Assembly (NCBI RefSeq): GCF_044647545.1
Contig: NZ_CP172818.1
Length of the DNA stretch: 64,000 bases
Strand: one strand, 5' to 3'
Origin: Escherichia coli
GTDB taxonomy: Bacteria > Pseudomonadota > Gammaproteobacteria > Enterobacterales > Enterobacteriaceae
In this document: piece after piece, positions 38,260 through 51,804 of the stretch
Position numbering within the stretch: position 1 is the first letter of the stretch
How the letters are laid out: every line of letters starts with the position of its first letter
Made by a program: the position numbers and the translations under genes
Notes under the pieces: model-generated
Database searches by the model: none
What the model was told of the DNA's origin: nothing
Seen by the model: only the letters and a program-made list of their open reading frames with translations

Positions 38260-41200
38260 TCATTGCGCTTTTTCTTTACGCGGTTGTCGCAACACTTCGT
38301 TGATTTGCGGATCGTCCAGCGGACCCGAAATGTGATAGCGCAAAATGGAGACTTTGCTCCACAGCGGTCCCAGCACTTTACTGGCGGCAAACACTGCCGC
38401 GCCAACAATGGGGTTAACCGCAAAGGCCGCAGCCACACCCACCGTCGCAGAAATCTCTGGTGCGACAACCGCTTCCATATTCAGGTCGCGACGTACCAGA
38501 TTTACCGACCCTTTCATAGCGATGTCCGCTTCCAGGCCATCCACCAGCGTGTCGTCGGTGTGCATAACGCCGTCTTTAATCCACGCGGTGCTGCGAATGG
38601 AGTCAAAATAGAACCCTTCGCCAAAAGTGTCTCTGAAATCAAAACGCAGCTTACGCATCAGGGCATCTACGCTCAATAAGCGCAGCAATTGCCCGGCATG
38701 TCCGGTATTGATTTCGGTAATTTCGCCTTTACCCAGTTGAGTATGAATGATGCCATTCAACGTCGCCTCATCTGGCTGCCAGGGTGCTTTGCGCCAGTGT
38801 AAATCGTAATCCACATTAAATGACGACTGGCGTATGGGCGTCGTGACACCAAAAAATTCTGCGGCGGCATCAATTTTCTGCCCGCGCAGTTTTCCTTTCA
38901 GCGAGGTACGTTCATTCCCCGGATTGTTAACCCATTCACCATCGGCAGTGAGCCGCGAAAAACCAGTATCAATCAGTCCATTAGTCAGCGTTAACGTATC
39001 GCCAGAAATGGTGATATCACTGTCAATGCGACCGAATTTTTGCCCCCAGAACCAGCACTCTGCGCATCGTATTTGTGCGTCTGGCCAGCCACGGAAGTTA
39101 ATGCGTTCCGTTGTCGGGAAAGGTGATGACGGCGTTGAATCACCAAGAGTTTTCGCCACGCTTGGGTTGTAATAAAGATATTTGATATTCGCCAGCCACG
39201 GTGCGTTATTACGCATCGCCAGCGTGGCGTTGATTTCACGCCCTTGCGCCTCAACCTGGGTGCCATTTGCCGTCGGTTGCGAAACAATACTCAGGTTATT
39301 CCATTGCTGATTTCCCAGCGACAACATAGGCGTACGTAACGTTATGTGTTGTGGGAAACTCGCTGCACCACCGACACTCTCCGCCGCGCCTTTCTGGAAC
39401 AGGGCCAGCCACTCGGCACCATTCATCGGCGGCATATTGAGTTCAACGCCACTTTGTTCCGGCAACGGCGGGAGCGTTTTACTGTCTGCCGCCCAAATAG
39501 CACGGTCGAGCGTCAGCTTTTGACCAAGCAACCAGCGGCTATTGAAATGGTTATCTGCACCAGCCTGTCCGGTTAACTCAAAGCTGTTGAGATTGCCATC
39601 AACCTTAACGTTTACCGGCAGTGGTTCACCCGCAGGTTTGGCTAACGGTGAAGGTAAGTGACTGCTCACATTCTTCAAATCGCCGTTTAGCTCTACGTTA
39701 TAGGTCGCGCCAGCATGATAAGGCAGATCAATGCCCACTTTACCATCCCACGCCACGCTGCCACTTAATGCTTCGTTCACCGCTTCAGGCAGAACGCCGG
39801 TTTTCGCTGGTTGCCAGTTACCGTTGAGATTCACCGCGACCTGGTAGGCTTTTGCCCCTTCTTTGGTGGAAAAATCCACGTTCAACGGCTGATTAAACCA
39901 GCTTGCTGTCAGTGGTTCACTTTGCAGATCGCCATTAATAAAGCTGAATTTCCCGCTCAAATTTTTCAGGGTGCTGTCGAGTGGTTTGATAAACAGACTG
40001 TTATTACGCAGCGTCACTTCACCTTTCGCGGTTACCAGTTCGCCGTTCAGCGGAATATCGAGATGTAAGCGAGCATTCACATCGCCGTCGAGCTGGAGTT
40101 CTTGCAGGGTCGCCCCCAGAGAATCTTTCAGCGGTGTCTCATCAAAGTAAGGGCCGACGGCTTTACCCGGGCCTTTAATGTCAGCGTCAATCAGCAGTTT
40201 TTCTTTTGAGTAGTCAGGGATCACTGCGGTGAGATTACTCGCACGCACGCCGCCCAGATTAACGCCATCGGTTTTCATCCATAAACCGTCGTTAATAAAG
40301 TCCAGTTCAATATCAAGGTTAGTTAATGCAGGCCAGTCCGGCTGGAAGGCAAACTTCGCGTTGCGCAGCGGCACCAGCACTTCAAACTGACCTTCATTGT
40401 GTTTATAGGGGAAGAGTTGCGGATTGCCACCATAAACCAGCGTCGCGTTATCCGCTTCACCGCCCTGAATCGCGCCACTTAAGTAATCAACCAGGTCTTT
40501 ACCCATCAAGTTTTCCGGGAAATAGCGCCAGGCTTGTGAACCATCATCGGTACTGATGCCAGCCAGAATCCCCAGCCAGGGTTCATCGTTAGCAGGTTGC
40601 AGGTAACGAAAATCGCCGCGCGCATGGACGGCTTTGGCTTTAACGTCAATATTACGTCCATCCAGCTGGAAACCTTTGTCATTGTTCAGCCAGCTTATCG
40701 TTGCCTGGCCGTCGGCGATTTCCAGTGGTGCACGGAATACCGTTTCGTAAGGCATCTTTGCCTGCTTCATCGACGCGGTAAGCAAACCATTTTCTACGCT
40801 GCCGGAAAGCGTCCCGGAGAAGTGTTCCGCACCCGGTAATAATTTCCATTGCTTCCAGGCCAGATCGCTCCACGATGCCTGAAAACGGGTCTTGTCTGCC
40901 GCCTGAAGCGGGATATCCAGCGCCAGAGTGTTAATCTTGCCGCTCGGTTGTGTGGAGCGCCAAACATCACCCAGTGCAGGTGAAAGTTTCGCGACCAGCG
41001 GGCGTACGCCCTCCAGGCCTGCCAGCTCCAGATTACTGGCGCGAATCCGGAGTTCGTCACTGCGTTTATTGTCTTTGCCGCCAACGTCCTGTTTCGGTAT
41101 CCAGGCCAGCGTCAATGCTCCGCTCGGCCAGGGTTTGCCGTCCATCGTGATCCGTGTATCGGGAATAGAGAACTGCCATCCCGGATTTTCACGCGTAATA

Positions 41201-42060
41201 TGCGCAGTCAGATTATCCACCGACAGCGTATGTGTTTCCTTCTCGCCCAACCAGCTGGCACCGCCCTGTTTCAGCCAGACGTCACCGCCGGTTACATCGC
41301 CTTTGTCGATCGTCATCCAGCCTTCAAGGGAGAACTGTGCCGTTTCCAGCGCAATATTGTCCTGCATCCATTTACCGAGCCACGGCTTCAGGTCGATGTC
41401 ATCCGCCTGGAGCCAGACGCGACCATTGCTTAACAACCCCTCATCATCGCGCAAATCCATACGCACCTGCATCACGCCGTGCTGTCCGGTAAGGCTGGAG
41501 AGGCTTACCAGGCCTTCCGCACGGTGTCGACGTGGATCGTTCAGCCAGGTGAGCTGTGGGATCGCCAGCTCGGCGCGCTGACTGGATGGCGTCAGGAAAC
41601 TGACTTCACTGTCGCGGAGATCGAAATGGTCAAATTGACGAAGAAACAGATCGCTGATGTGACTGGCTTCCAGGCTATCATTACCACCGCCGCTGGTGAT
41701 AGGAGTGTTGGTGCGAAAGCGCAGCTGCCAGAAAGTGAGGTCGCGAAACTGCCAGCGCATATGTAACAGGCTCTGCCAGACATCCAGCGCCAGAGTAACG
41801 CGTTTAACCGAAAATTCGCCGCCATCTTTTAGTTCTGCACGGATGTCGTGCGCTTCAAGCGTCGGACCAAAATTCTGCCAGCTGGCTGAGAGCTGACTGG
41901 CTTCTACCGGCATGCCAGTCGCGGATTCTATTTTGTTGAGGATTTCCGGACGCCAGGCGTCAAGATGCGGTAAAGCAATACGCAGGCCGCTAACCAGCAG
42001 GGCAGCGATCACAACGAGCGCAGCTCCAGTAAGCAGTAAAATCCCCGGCAATCGCCTCAC
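38260..42060 (-). CDS. yhdP: AsmA-family envelope protein YhdP (phospholipid transport to the outer membrane)
   Basis: 1266-aa ORF with N-terminal TM anchor (MRRLPGILLLTGAALVVIAALLV...); length matches YhdP. Confidence 0.93.
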   Translation of the reverse strand: MRRLPGILLLTGAALVVIAALLVSGLRIALPHLDAWRPEILNKIESATGMPVEASQLSASWQNFGPTLEAHDIRAELKDGGEFSVKRVTLALDVWQSLLHMRWQFRDLTFWQLRFRTNTPITSGGGNDSLEASHISDLFLRQFDHFDLRDSEVSFLTPSSQRAELAIPQLTWLNDPRRHRAEGLVSLSSLTGQHGVMQVRMDLRDDEGLLSNGRVWLQADDIDLKPWLGKWMQDNIALETAQFSLEGWMTIDKGDVTGGDVWLKQGGASWLGEKETHTLSVDNLTAHITRENPGWQFSIPDTRITMDGKPWPSGALTLAWIPKQDVGGKDNKRSDELRIRASNLELAGLEGVRPLVAKLSPALGDVWRSTQPSGKINTLALDIPLQAADKTRFQASWSDLAWKQWKLLPGAEHFSGTLSGSVENGLLTASMKQAKMPYETVFRAPLEIADGQATISWLNNDKGFQLDGRNIDVKAKAVHARGDFRYLQPANDEPWLGILAGISTDDGSQAWRYFPENLMGKDLVDYLSGAIQGGEADNATLVYGGNPQLFPYKHNEGQFEVLVPLRNAKFAFQPDWPALTNLDIELDFINDGLWMKTDGVNLGGVRASNLTAVIPDYSKEKLLIDADIKGPGKAVGPYFDETPLKDSLGATLQELQLDGDVNARLHLDIPLNGELVTAKGEVTLRNNSLFIKPLDSTLKNLSGKFSFINGDLQSEPLTASWFNQPLNVDFSTKEGAKAYQVAVNLNGNWQPAKTGVLPEAVNEALSGSVAWDGKVGIDLPYHAGATYNVELNGDLKNVSSHLPSPLAKPAGEPLPVNVKVDGNLNSFELTGQAGADNHFNSRWLLGQKLTLDRAIWAADSKTLPPLPEQSGVELNMPPMNGAEWLALFQKGAAESVGGAASFPQHITLRTPMLSLGNQQWNNLSIVSQPTANGTQVEAQGREINATLAMRNNAPWLANIKYLYYNPSVAKTLGDSTPSSPFPTTERINFRGWPDAQIRCAECWFWGQKFGRIDSDITISGDTLTLTNGLIDTGFSRLTADGEWVNNPGNERTSLKGKLRGQKIDAAAEFFGVTTPIRQSSFNVDYDLHWRKAPWQPDEATLNGIIHTQLGKGEITEINTGHAGQLLRLLSVDALMRKLRFDFRDTFGEGFYFDSIRSTAWIKDGVMHTDDTLVDGLEADIAMKGSVNLVRRDLNMEAVVAPEISATVGVAAAFAVNPIVGAAVFAASKVLGPLWSKVSILRYHISGPLDDPQINEVLRQPRKEKAQ

Positions 42061-42127
42061 CCGTCACTCCTTGTCTGCTAAAAATGTGACTCAAAAACCC
42101 TTTGCCGGATGGCGGCCCAGCATCTGT

Positions 42128-43597
42128 TTACATCATTACGACGTCAAACTGCTCCTGGTTATAGAGCGGTTCAATTTGTACTTTAACCTGTTTGCCAACG
42201 AAAATTTCCACTTCCGCCAGCGAGTGTGACTCTTCGCCTTTCAAGGCTTCAGCTACTGCCGGAGAAGCATAGACCAGGAAACGGTCGGAGTCGTAAGCAT
42301 GGTGGACACGAACAATCTCGCGCATGATTTCATAGCATACCGTTTCCACGGTTTTCACCGTTCCGCGACCGTGGCAGGTTGGGCATTCGTTACACAGTAC
42401 GTGCTCAATGCTTTCGCGGGTGCGTTTACGCGTCATCTCCACCAGCCCCAGCGCCGAAAAACCATTAACGCTGGTTTTCACCCGATCTTTGCTCAACGCC
42501 TGCTCCAGCGAGTGCAGCACGCGGCGGCGGTGATCTTCATTATTCATATCGATGAAATCAATAATGATAATCCCGCCCAGATTACGCAACCGTAACTGGC
42601 GAGCGATAGCCTGCGTCGCTTCAATATTGGTATTGAAAATGGTGTCGTCCAGATTGCGATGACCGACAAACGCCCCGGTATTGATGTCCACGGTGGTCAT
42701 CGCTTCGGTCTGGTCGATAATCAGATAGCCACCGGATTTCAGTTCTACTTTGCGTTCCAGCGCCCGCTGGATTTCGTTTTCGACATCAAAGAGATCGAAA
42801 ATCGGCTGGCGTCCGGTGTAATGCTCCAGCTTGCTGGTCATCTCGGGAATGTACTCCGAGGTAAACTCCAGCAATGCTTCGTAAGTCAGGCGTGAGTCAA
42901 CGCGAATGCGGTCGAGTTCGGCGTCGGCGAAATCACGCAGAACACGCTGCGCCAGCGCCAGTTCGCCGTACAGCTGATAACGGGTCTGTGGGCGCTTTTT
43001 ACGCTCCATAACTTTGGTCCAGACGCGTTTCAGATAAGCGGCATCGGAGGCCAGTTCAGCCTCGCCAACCCCTTCCGCTGCGGTACGGATGATAAACCCG
43101 CCCTGCTCGTCGCAATACTCTGCGACCACTTTTTTCAGGCGTTCACGTTCTGATTCGCTTTCAATTCGTTGGGAAACCCCAACGTGAGAAGCCCCTGGCA
43201 TAAATACCAGATAGCGAGAAGGCAGCGTGATATCGGTGGTCAGGCGCGCACCCTTAGTGCCAAGCGGATCTTTCACCACCTGCACCATCAGATCTTGCCC
43301 CTGACGGACCAGCTCCGAGATGTCGCGCACCGTGAATTGCTTTTGTTCTTCACCCGCCACACATTCGGTGTGCGGCATGATGTCGGATGCATGAAGAAAC
43401 GCGGCTTTATCCAGCCCAATATCTACAAAAGCCGCCTGCATACCCGGAAGTACACGACTTACACGACCCTTGTAGATATTGCCTACTATTCCGCGTCGCG
43501 CCTCACGTTCAATATGAATTTCCTGCAGAATACCGCCATCAATATACGCCACTCGCGTTTCCGAAGGCGTTACGTTTACTAACAATTCAGCCGTCAT
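42128..43597 (-). CDS. rng: Ribonuclease G
   Basis: ORF 42128..43615; likely start [22 protein letters not shown] (489 aa); RNase E/G catalytic domain. Confidence 0.95.
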
Positions 43598-44180
43598 GTT
43601 TATCCCTTTTCTCACGCAGTGCGTTAAAATTACTTAATAATTCATACGTTTCAACCAGCGGTAAGCCGACTACGGCGTGATAGCTGCCATTTATCTTCCT
43701 GACAAAACAGCCACCCAGCCCCTGAATACCGTATGCACCTGCTTTATCTAACGGTTCACCGCTGGCGACATAGCCCGCGATGTCTTCGTCTGTTAACGTT
43801 CTGAAAGTCACATCGGTGACCACCAGGCAATCGAGAATGTGCTGGCTGTCGGCCAACGCCACTGCCGTCATTACCTGATGGGTCTGACCCGATAATTTGC
43901 GCAACATCTGCACCGCATGCTCTGCGTCGCGCGGTTTCTCCAGCACTTCTCCATTCAGGATAACGATAGTATCCGCACCCAGCACCGGGAGATCCTGCGC
44001 CGTTTGCGCGACACCCGCCTGTGCTTTCTCGCGCGCCAGACGCACAACATATTGCTGCGCGCTCTCCTGCGGCTGACGCTGCTCCTCAATGCCCGTAACA
44101 ATACGTTCAAAGGTTACGCCAAGTTGCGCAAGTAACTCCTGACGACGCGGAGAACCGGAAGCTAAATACAGAGAAGTCAT
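43587..44180 (-). CDS. yhdE: Maf-like nucleoside triphosphate pyrophosphatase YhdE
   Basis: 197-aa [25 protein letters not shown]...; overlaps the rng start. Confidence 0.93.
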   Translation of the reverse strand: MTSLYLASGSPRRQELLAQLGVTFERIVTGIEEQRQPQESAQQYVVRLAREKAQAGVAQTAQDLPVLGADTIVILNGEVLEKPRDAEHAVQMLRKLSGQTHQVMTAVALADSQHILDCLVVTDVTFRTLTDEDIAGYVASGEPLDKAGAYGIQGLGGCFVRKINGSYHAVVGLPLVETYELLSNFNALREKRDKHDG

Positions 44181-44188
44181 AGAAACCT

Positions 44189-45780
<1,592 letters not shown>

Positions 45781-45845
45781 AAGTTATGCGTATTCTCGTA
45801 TCAGACCAGGCAGGGTAAACAGACGCTTCCCCTGCCTGCATCCGA

Positions 45846-47015
<1,170 letters not shown>

Positions 47016-47193
47016 TTACAAATCTCTGCCTGAGTCCAGAAAGGCTTAATGCATCAGCAGCATTCCTCGCCTGTTTGCAACCGCGTAAGGTCATTCATCT
47101 GCATATGTGCTGCAACAATCTGGCGAGCAGACAAGCACACTCCCATGAGACGCAGCGCGCGTTATTCTACGTGAAAACGGATTAAACGGCAGG

Positions 47194-49134
47194 TTAAACC
47201 GAGTATCTTTGTGAATATTTTTTCACGTTAGTATCAAGTGGCTGTGAGGACGCGAAAAAATCCCCTTGCCCACCTGTAACACCGCGCTGAATCAGGGTCT
47301 GCCACTCGCTTCGCGAACGCACGCCGGTGGCGTAAACCTGGGTGCTGGTCCCGGAGCAGGCTTCCACCAGGCTTTGAACCAGCAGCTGGTTCTCCGTTCG
47401 CTTCTCAATGTTTCTGACCAGCCCCGGATGGAGCTTGAGTAACTCAACATTAAGTTCTTTGATCCAACTGGTGCTTACCAGCGTCAAACCAGCCTGGTTG
47501 ACGGCTACCCGTACCCCTAAAGCATTCACTAAACGAATAACAGGTTGTAAGCGACTGATATGTTGACCAACATCGGCCTCTGCAAGTTCAATAATTATGC
47601 GTCTTCGTTGCGATTTTTCACATTGCATTAACGTATCGCGCAGCCAACGCTGAAAACGCGGGCGAATCAGCGACTCAACGGTAACCTGAATCGCCAGATT
47701 TTCCTCTGGCCAGTAACGCAATAGTGGAATAAGACGGCTGATTAGCAGGCGGTCATACTCTTCCGATAAACCAAACTGCAAGACCATCGGCATATACTCT
47801 GCCGAGCTAACCTCTTCATTACCATCGAAGATGCGGCACATGAGTTCACGATGATGAACCCGGCCTTCGCGAGTAACCGCCGGTTTTTGATAAAGGCGCG
47901 GGCCGCCGCGACTCAGCATTTGCTCGATAAGCGTACGCCAGCGAACATTACCGCGTCCTTTTTCAGGCAACGAGTCATCGTAAATAGCCCAGCTATTGCC
48001 GCCCTGCAATCCCGCATTACGCGTGGCAGACTCTGCATGTTCCATTACCTGCTCGGTATCCTGACCACTACGCCAGGCACAGATACCAATGTGGATCATA
48101 TCGTCGCGATCGAGCATTTTATTGTTCGGCAAGGTATCGACGGCTTTGATTAACTGACTGGCGATGCTCTCTGCCTCTTTTAACGTTCGGTGCGGTAACA
48201 GCGCAGCAAAATCACTGCGGTGGTAACGCGCCAGCAGTGCGCCAGGGTAGCGCATCATAAATGTCGATAGCAGATTCGTCAGAGAGAAGAACTGTTCTTC
48301 AACCTGGCTGTGCCCCCAGGTATCACTCAACATATTGAAATCCGGCAGACGAATCATCATCACGATCCCGTGGGTACCTACTTTCTCTTGATCTTCCAGT
48401 AACGTTGCTAACTGATTATCGAAAAAGAGGCGGTTATTGAGGCCGGTTTTCATGTCCTGGGCGGCATAAGAGCGGATCAGCGTATCAAGACGGCTGTGTT
48501 GTTCGCGTGCGTTCTGAATTTCACAAAGCAGCGTATCCAGCGCACTGCTGGTTCTGGGCGGCCATTCATAGATGGTTCCCAACACATTAGAGCCACGCTC
48601 ACCGTTTAAGATACGAGTAGCCCGGGTTTCCAGCAATTCTTGCCCGGCAAGTTGCCGTTGTAACCAGCGTACCGCCAGGAAGAGCATAAGAATGATAAAG
48701 CCAATCGCCCCCGTGAGCGGCGCGGTAGTCATTAAAGAATGGAAATAGTTGCCCATCGGATCCTGATAAACCAGACGCAGCGACATCCCCGGATGCTTTA
48801 TCAACGGAACGCTCAGTTCACGAAATAGATCGTTGGTGCCAACCGGACGATAACTACCATTTCTGGCCAGGGTATAAACCTGTTTATCACCATGCAGCAG
48901 GTCTACACGAACGATATCTGCTGACATCATTAATTCGGTAATTTGTGGCCTTAATGCGCTGAAGTCATTCGACACAAGATGGGTATCAATCGCCGTCGCC
49001 ACCGCCTGAACACGATGACTAAACTTATACTGAATGGCGTTGTAGAAACTTAGCGAACAGCCCAACAAAGTCACAAAAATTGTTAACCCGGTGAGCAGCG
49101 TAACAAAGGCCGAAAATTTCGTCGTTAATCTCAT
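47194..49134 (-). CDS. csrD: RNase E specificity factor CsrD (degenerate GGDEF-EAL membrane protein)
   Basis: 646-aa ORF with N-terminal TM segments followed by GGDEF-like and EAL-like regions. Confidence 0.93.
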   Translation of the reverse strand: MRLTTKFSAFVTLLTGLTIFVTLLGCSLSFYNAIQYKFSHRVQAVATAIDTHLVSNDFSALRPQITELMMSADIVRVDLLHGDKQVYTLARNGSYRPVGTNDLFRELSVPLIKHPGMSLRLVYQDPMGNYFHSLMTTAPLTGAIGFIILMLFLAVRWLQRQLAGQELLETRATRILNGERGSNVLGTIYEWPPRTSSALDTLLCEIQNAREQHSRLDTLIRSYAAQDMKTGLNNRLFFDNQLATLLEDQEKVGTHGIVMMIRLPDFNMLSDTWGHSQVEEQFFSLTNLLSTFMMRYPGALLARYHRSDFAALLPHRTLKEAESIASQLIKAVDTLPNNKMLDRDDMIHIGICAWRSGQDTEQVMEHAESATRNAGLQGGNSWAIYDDSLPEKGRGNVRWRTLIEQMLSRGGPRLYQKPAVTREGRVHHRELMCRIFDGNEEVSSAEYMPMVLQFGLSEEYDRLLISRLIPLLRYWPEENLAIQVTVESLIRPRFQRWLRDTLMQCEKSQRRRIIIELAEADVGQHISRLQPVIRLVNALGVRVAVNQAGLTLVSTSWIKELNVELLKLHPGLVRNIEKRTENQLLVQSLVEACSGTSTQVYATGVRSRSEWQTLIQRGVTGGQGDFFASSQPLDTNVKKYSQRYSV

Positions 49135-49285
49135 CCTTGTGTTAACTCCGATAGTGAGGAAGCGGGCATACTAGCAAATCAGATTTATCTCGCAATTTAT
49201 TGCGCTTCATCGGCTTTGCTTTTCCATTAGCGAGTATAGTCTTCAGAAATTATTTTCCAATCCATCATGCACATGAGGACCACTT

Positions 49286-50260
49286 ATGCAGGCGTTACTT
49301 TTAGAACAGCAGGACGGCAAAACTCTCGTATCGGTACAGACACTGGACGAAAGTCGCCTGCCGGAGGGCGATGTCACGGTTGATGTTCACTGGTCGAGCC
49401 TGAACTACAAAGATGCGCTGGCAATTACCGGTAAGGGAAAAATCATCCGTAATTTTCCGATGATTCCTGGGATCGATTTTGCCGGAACTGTACGCACCAG
49501 CGAAGATCCGCGTTTTCATGCCGGTCAGGACGTATTACTCACTGGCTGGGGCGTTGGTGAAAACCACTGGGGTGGGCTGGCGGAACAGGCGCGAGTGAAA
49601 GGTGACTGGCTGGTTGCCATGCCACAAGGGCTGGACGCGCGTAAAGCAATGATTATCGGTACTGCCGGTTTTACCGCCATGCTGTGTGTGATGGCGCTGG
49701 AAGATGCCGGTGTTCGCCCGCAGGATGGGGAGATTGTCGTGACGGGTGCCAGTGGTGGCGTCGGCAGTACCGCCGTGGCGCTGCTGCATAAGTTGGGTTA
49801 TCAGGTCGTTGCCGTTTCCGGTCGCGAAAGTACCCATGAATATCTGAAAAGTTTAGGTGCCAGCCGTATTCTCCCTCGCGATGAGTTTGCCGAATCCCGT
49901 CCTCTGGAAAAACAAGTCTGGGCAGGGGCAATTGACACCGTTGGCGACAAAGTGCTGGCAAAAGTGCTGGCGCAAATGAATTACGGCGGCTGCGTGGCGG
50001 CCTGTGGTCTGGCGGGTGGTTTTACTCTGCCAACCACGGTCATGCCATTTATTCTGCGTAATGTCCGTTTACAGGGGGTAGATTCAGTGATGACGCCACC
50101 AGCACGCCGCGCACAAGCCTGGCAGCGACTGGTCGCCGATTTACCGGAATCATTCTATACCCAGGCGGCAAAAGAGATATCTCTGGCAGATGCACCGAAG
50201 TTTGCCGAGGCCATCATTAATAACCAGATCCAGGGTCGCACGCTGGTGAAGGTTAACTAA
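49286..50260 (+). CDS. acuI: Acrylyl-CoA reductase AcuI (YhdH), MDR/zinc-ADH superfamily
   Basis: 324-aa ORF MQALLLEQQDGKTLVSVQTLDESRLPEGDVTVDVHWSSLNYKDALAITGKGKIIRNFPMIPGIDFAG... Confidence 0.93.
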   Translation: MQALLLEQQDGKTLVSVQTLDESRLPEGDVTVDVHWSSLNYKDALAITGKGKIIRNFPMIPGIDFAGTVRTSEDPRFHAGQDVLLTGWGVGENHWGGLAEQARVKGDWLVAMPQGLDARKAMIIGTAGFTAMLCVMALEDAGVRPQDGEIVVTGASGGVGSTAVALLHKLGYQVVAVSGRESTHEYLKSLGASRILPRDEFAESRPLEKQVWAGAIDTVGDKVLAKVLAQMNYGGCVAACGLAGGFTLPTTVMPFILRNVRLQGVDSVMTPPARRAQAWQRLVADLPESFYTQAAKEISLADAPKFAEAIINNQIQGRTLVKVN

Positions 50261-50562
50261 CCATTTAGCAAGGATTAATAAGAGAGGGAACTCATTTTGA
50301 AATCATTATTCAATCGGTTAACGGGAAAAGCGGTTAGCCGGACAGCTTTCGTCGAACATCTTGGTCATGAAGTTGTACAACATCATCCAAACTGGAAAGT
50401 CATGATTTCGACTGACCATAAATTGATGCGCATTGATACTCACCAAACGGTAAATCACTCTTGATGATCTACAAATAACAAAAATAATATAAAAAAAACA
50501 TTTAAAAAAAAAAACGCCTCGCTGGATTTTGCCTGGGAAGACTTAACGATGAGTTAATTATC

Positions 50563-50735
50563 TTGTTTGCTGAAGATGGTAGCGAAACCATGCGCTATCT
50601 GATGCGCTACGAAGTGACCATTGACCGCGAACAAGCCATCAATAATTTGAAGCAAATATTGCCGGAAGTTTCGGCTGAAATCGTTGATACAGGCGCAAAC
50701 GCTGGAAAATTTGCCGTTATCTCCCCAGGGGTCTT
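50563..50735 (+). other. Candidate protein-coding start (ORF N-terminus) that runs into the low-complexity tract; product unknown
   Basis: Track ORF 50563..50988; first ~58 codons (…MRYLMRYEVTIDREQAINNLKQILPEVSAEIVDTGANAGKFAVISPG) have E. coli-like codon usage, then the frame enters homopolymer sequence; not recognised. Confidence 0.25.
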
Positions 50736-50736
50736 T

Positions 50737-51120
50737 AGACCCCCCTCTTGTTCCTTTTACCTTTTCGCCAACCCCCCCCCAAATTTTTATCCCCCCCCCC
50801 AAAAAAAATTTTTTTTCCCCACAAAAAAAACCACCCAAAACCCCACCCATAATAAAAAAAAAAAAAAAAAATTCCCCCCTGCAAGAACCACCCCTCCAAA
50901 AAAAAAAATTTATCCCCCCCAAACTCTCTTTTCCCCGGAAAAAACCCTTCATCAACCCACCCCCCCAGATAAAAAAAATTGGGGATGATGGTAAAAATTC
51001 AAAAACACCAAACGCCTTTCCCCAAAAATTTTTTTTTTTTTTTAGCGAAAAAATCAAAAAACAAAAAAACGCACTGCCGCCTGACAAAACAGTTTACCTT
51101 CTGCAAAATGGGGGGAATAA
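50737..51120. other. Anomalous low-complexity tract: A/C/T homopolymer runs, almost no G; probable sequencing/assembly artefact
   Basis: Read directly: runs such as c9, a8, t8, a18, t14 interspersed over ~380 bp; strong strand asymmetry; unlike any surrounding sequence. Confidence 0.8.
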
Positions 51121-51232
51121 TCTGATTTTATTTGATTACAAATTAACCACTTAAACCTATTTCATACTGAGCATTATCAGTCGGTTGATTTTGCGTGCTT
51201 TAGCATTCACATCTATCCAGACGATGCAGTGA

Positions 51233-51400
51233 AAATTGGGCAATCCCCAGCAACCGCTGCGTAATGTCGTCTATCTTGTCGCGATCCTGGCATCCCTACA
51301 TTATTTGTGGTCTGTGAAGATTATCTCATTGCAGCCCCTCATCTTCGCAGGGCTGGCTTTACAGCTTTTCACCTTACGTTATAAGAAGTTCCGTCGATGA
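51233..51400 (+). pseudogene. Possible 3' remnant of an msrQ/yedZ-like heme-binding membrane protein gene (no start codon, <60 codons)
   Basis: Frame translation …[39 protein letters not shown] resembles the MsrQ (YedZ) C-terminus as I recall it (HYLWSVKII…LRYKK); not verified by alignment. Confidence 0.3.
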
Positions 51401-51804
51401 TGGCGCTAATTTCGTGAATTGTGCGGCTTGTTGCAAATTACACGGTGTTGAAGGTTATTTACATGTTAGCTGTTGATTATCTTCCCTGATAAGACCAGTA
51501 TTTAGCTGCCAATTGCTACGAAATCGTTATAATGTGCGACCTCGTCCTCCCTGACGCAGTTTTTGCGCTGCGGAAAAGGTGACATTGGCGCAACGAAGGT
51601 ATATTTTGTTTTTTGCCGGAGGATAGCAGCAGATCGCTGCACAATGTCCGTCAAGTCTAACATTGACACTCTGGGGCAAAATAGACCGGCGTCCCGGCCT
51701 GCTGGAATTTATCGCTATGCATACAGCTGTCGGGGCATACGCTTTACAGACGGCGGTGAAACGCCTGTCACAATCACACTAAACAAAGAGTACGGAACCC
51801 ACTC

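Noticed and set aside
38345-41581. Multiple plus-strand ORFs (for example 40928..41581, 217 aa) opposite yhdP
   Set aside because: Antisense or alternative-frame ORFs within the yhdP coding region; Ser/Pro/Arg-rich translations typical of shadow frames.
42095-42125. REP-like sequence (tttgccggatggcggcccagcatctg) between yhdP and rng
   Set aside because: Only a partial match to the REP consensus and no clear palindromic partner, so not called as a REP element.
50554-51087. 177-aa minus-strand ORF and overlapping plus-strand ORFs (50563..50988, 50684..51154) with poly-F/G/K/P-rich translations
   Set aside because: They are translations of the homopolymer-rich tract; composition is non-protein-like and frame-independent. 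Only the first ~58 codons of the plus-strand ORF look like genuine coding sequence.
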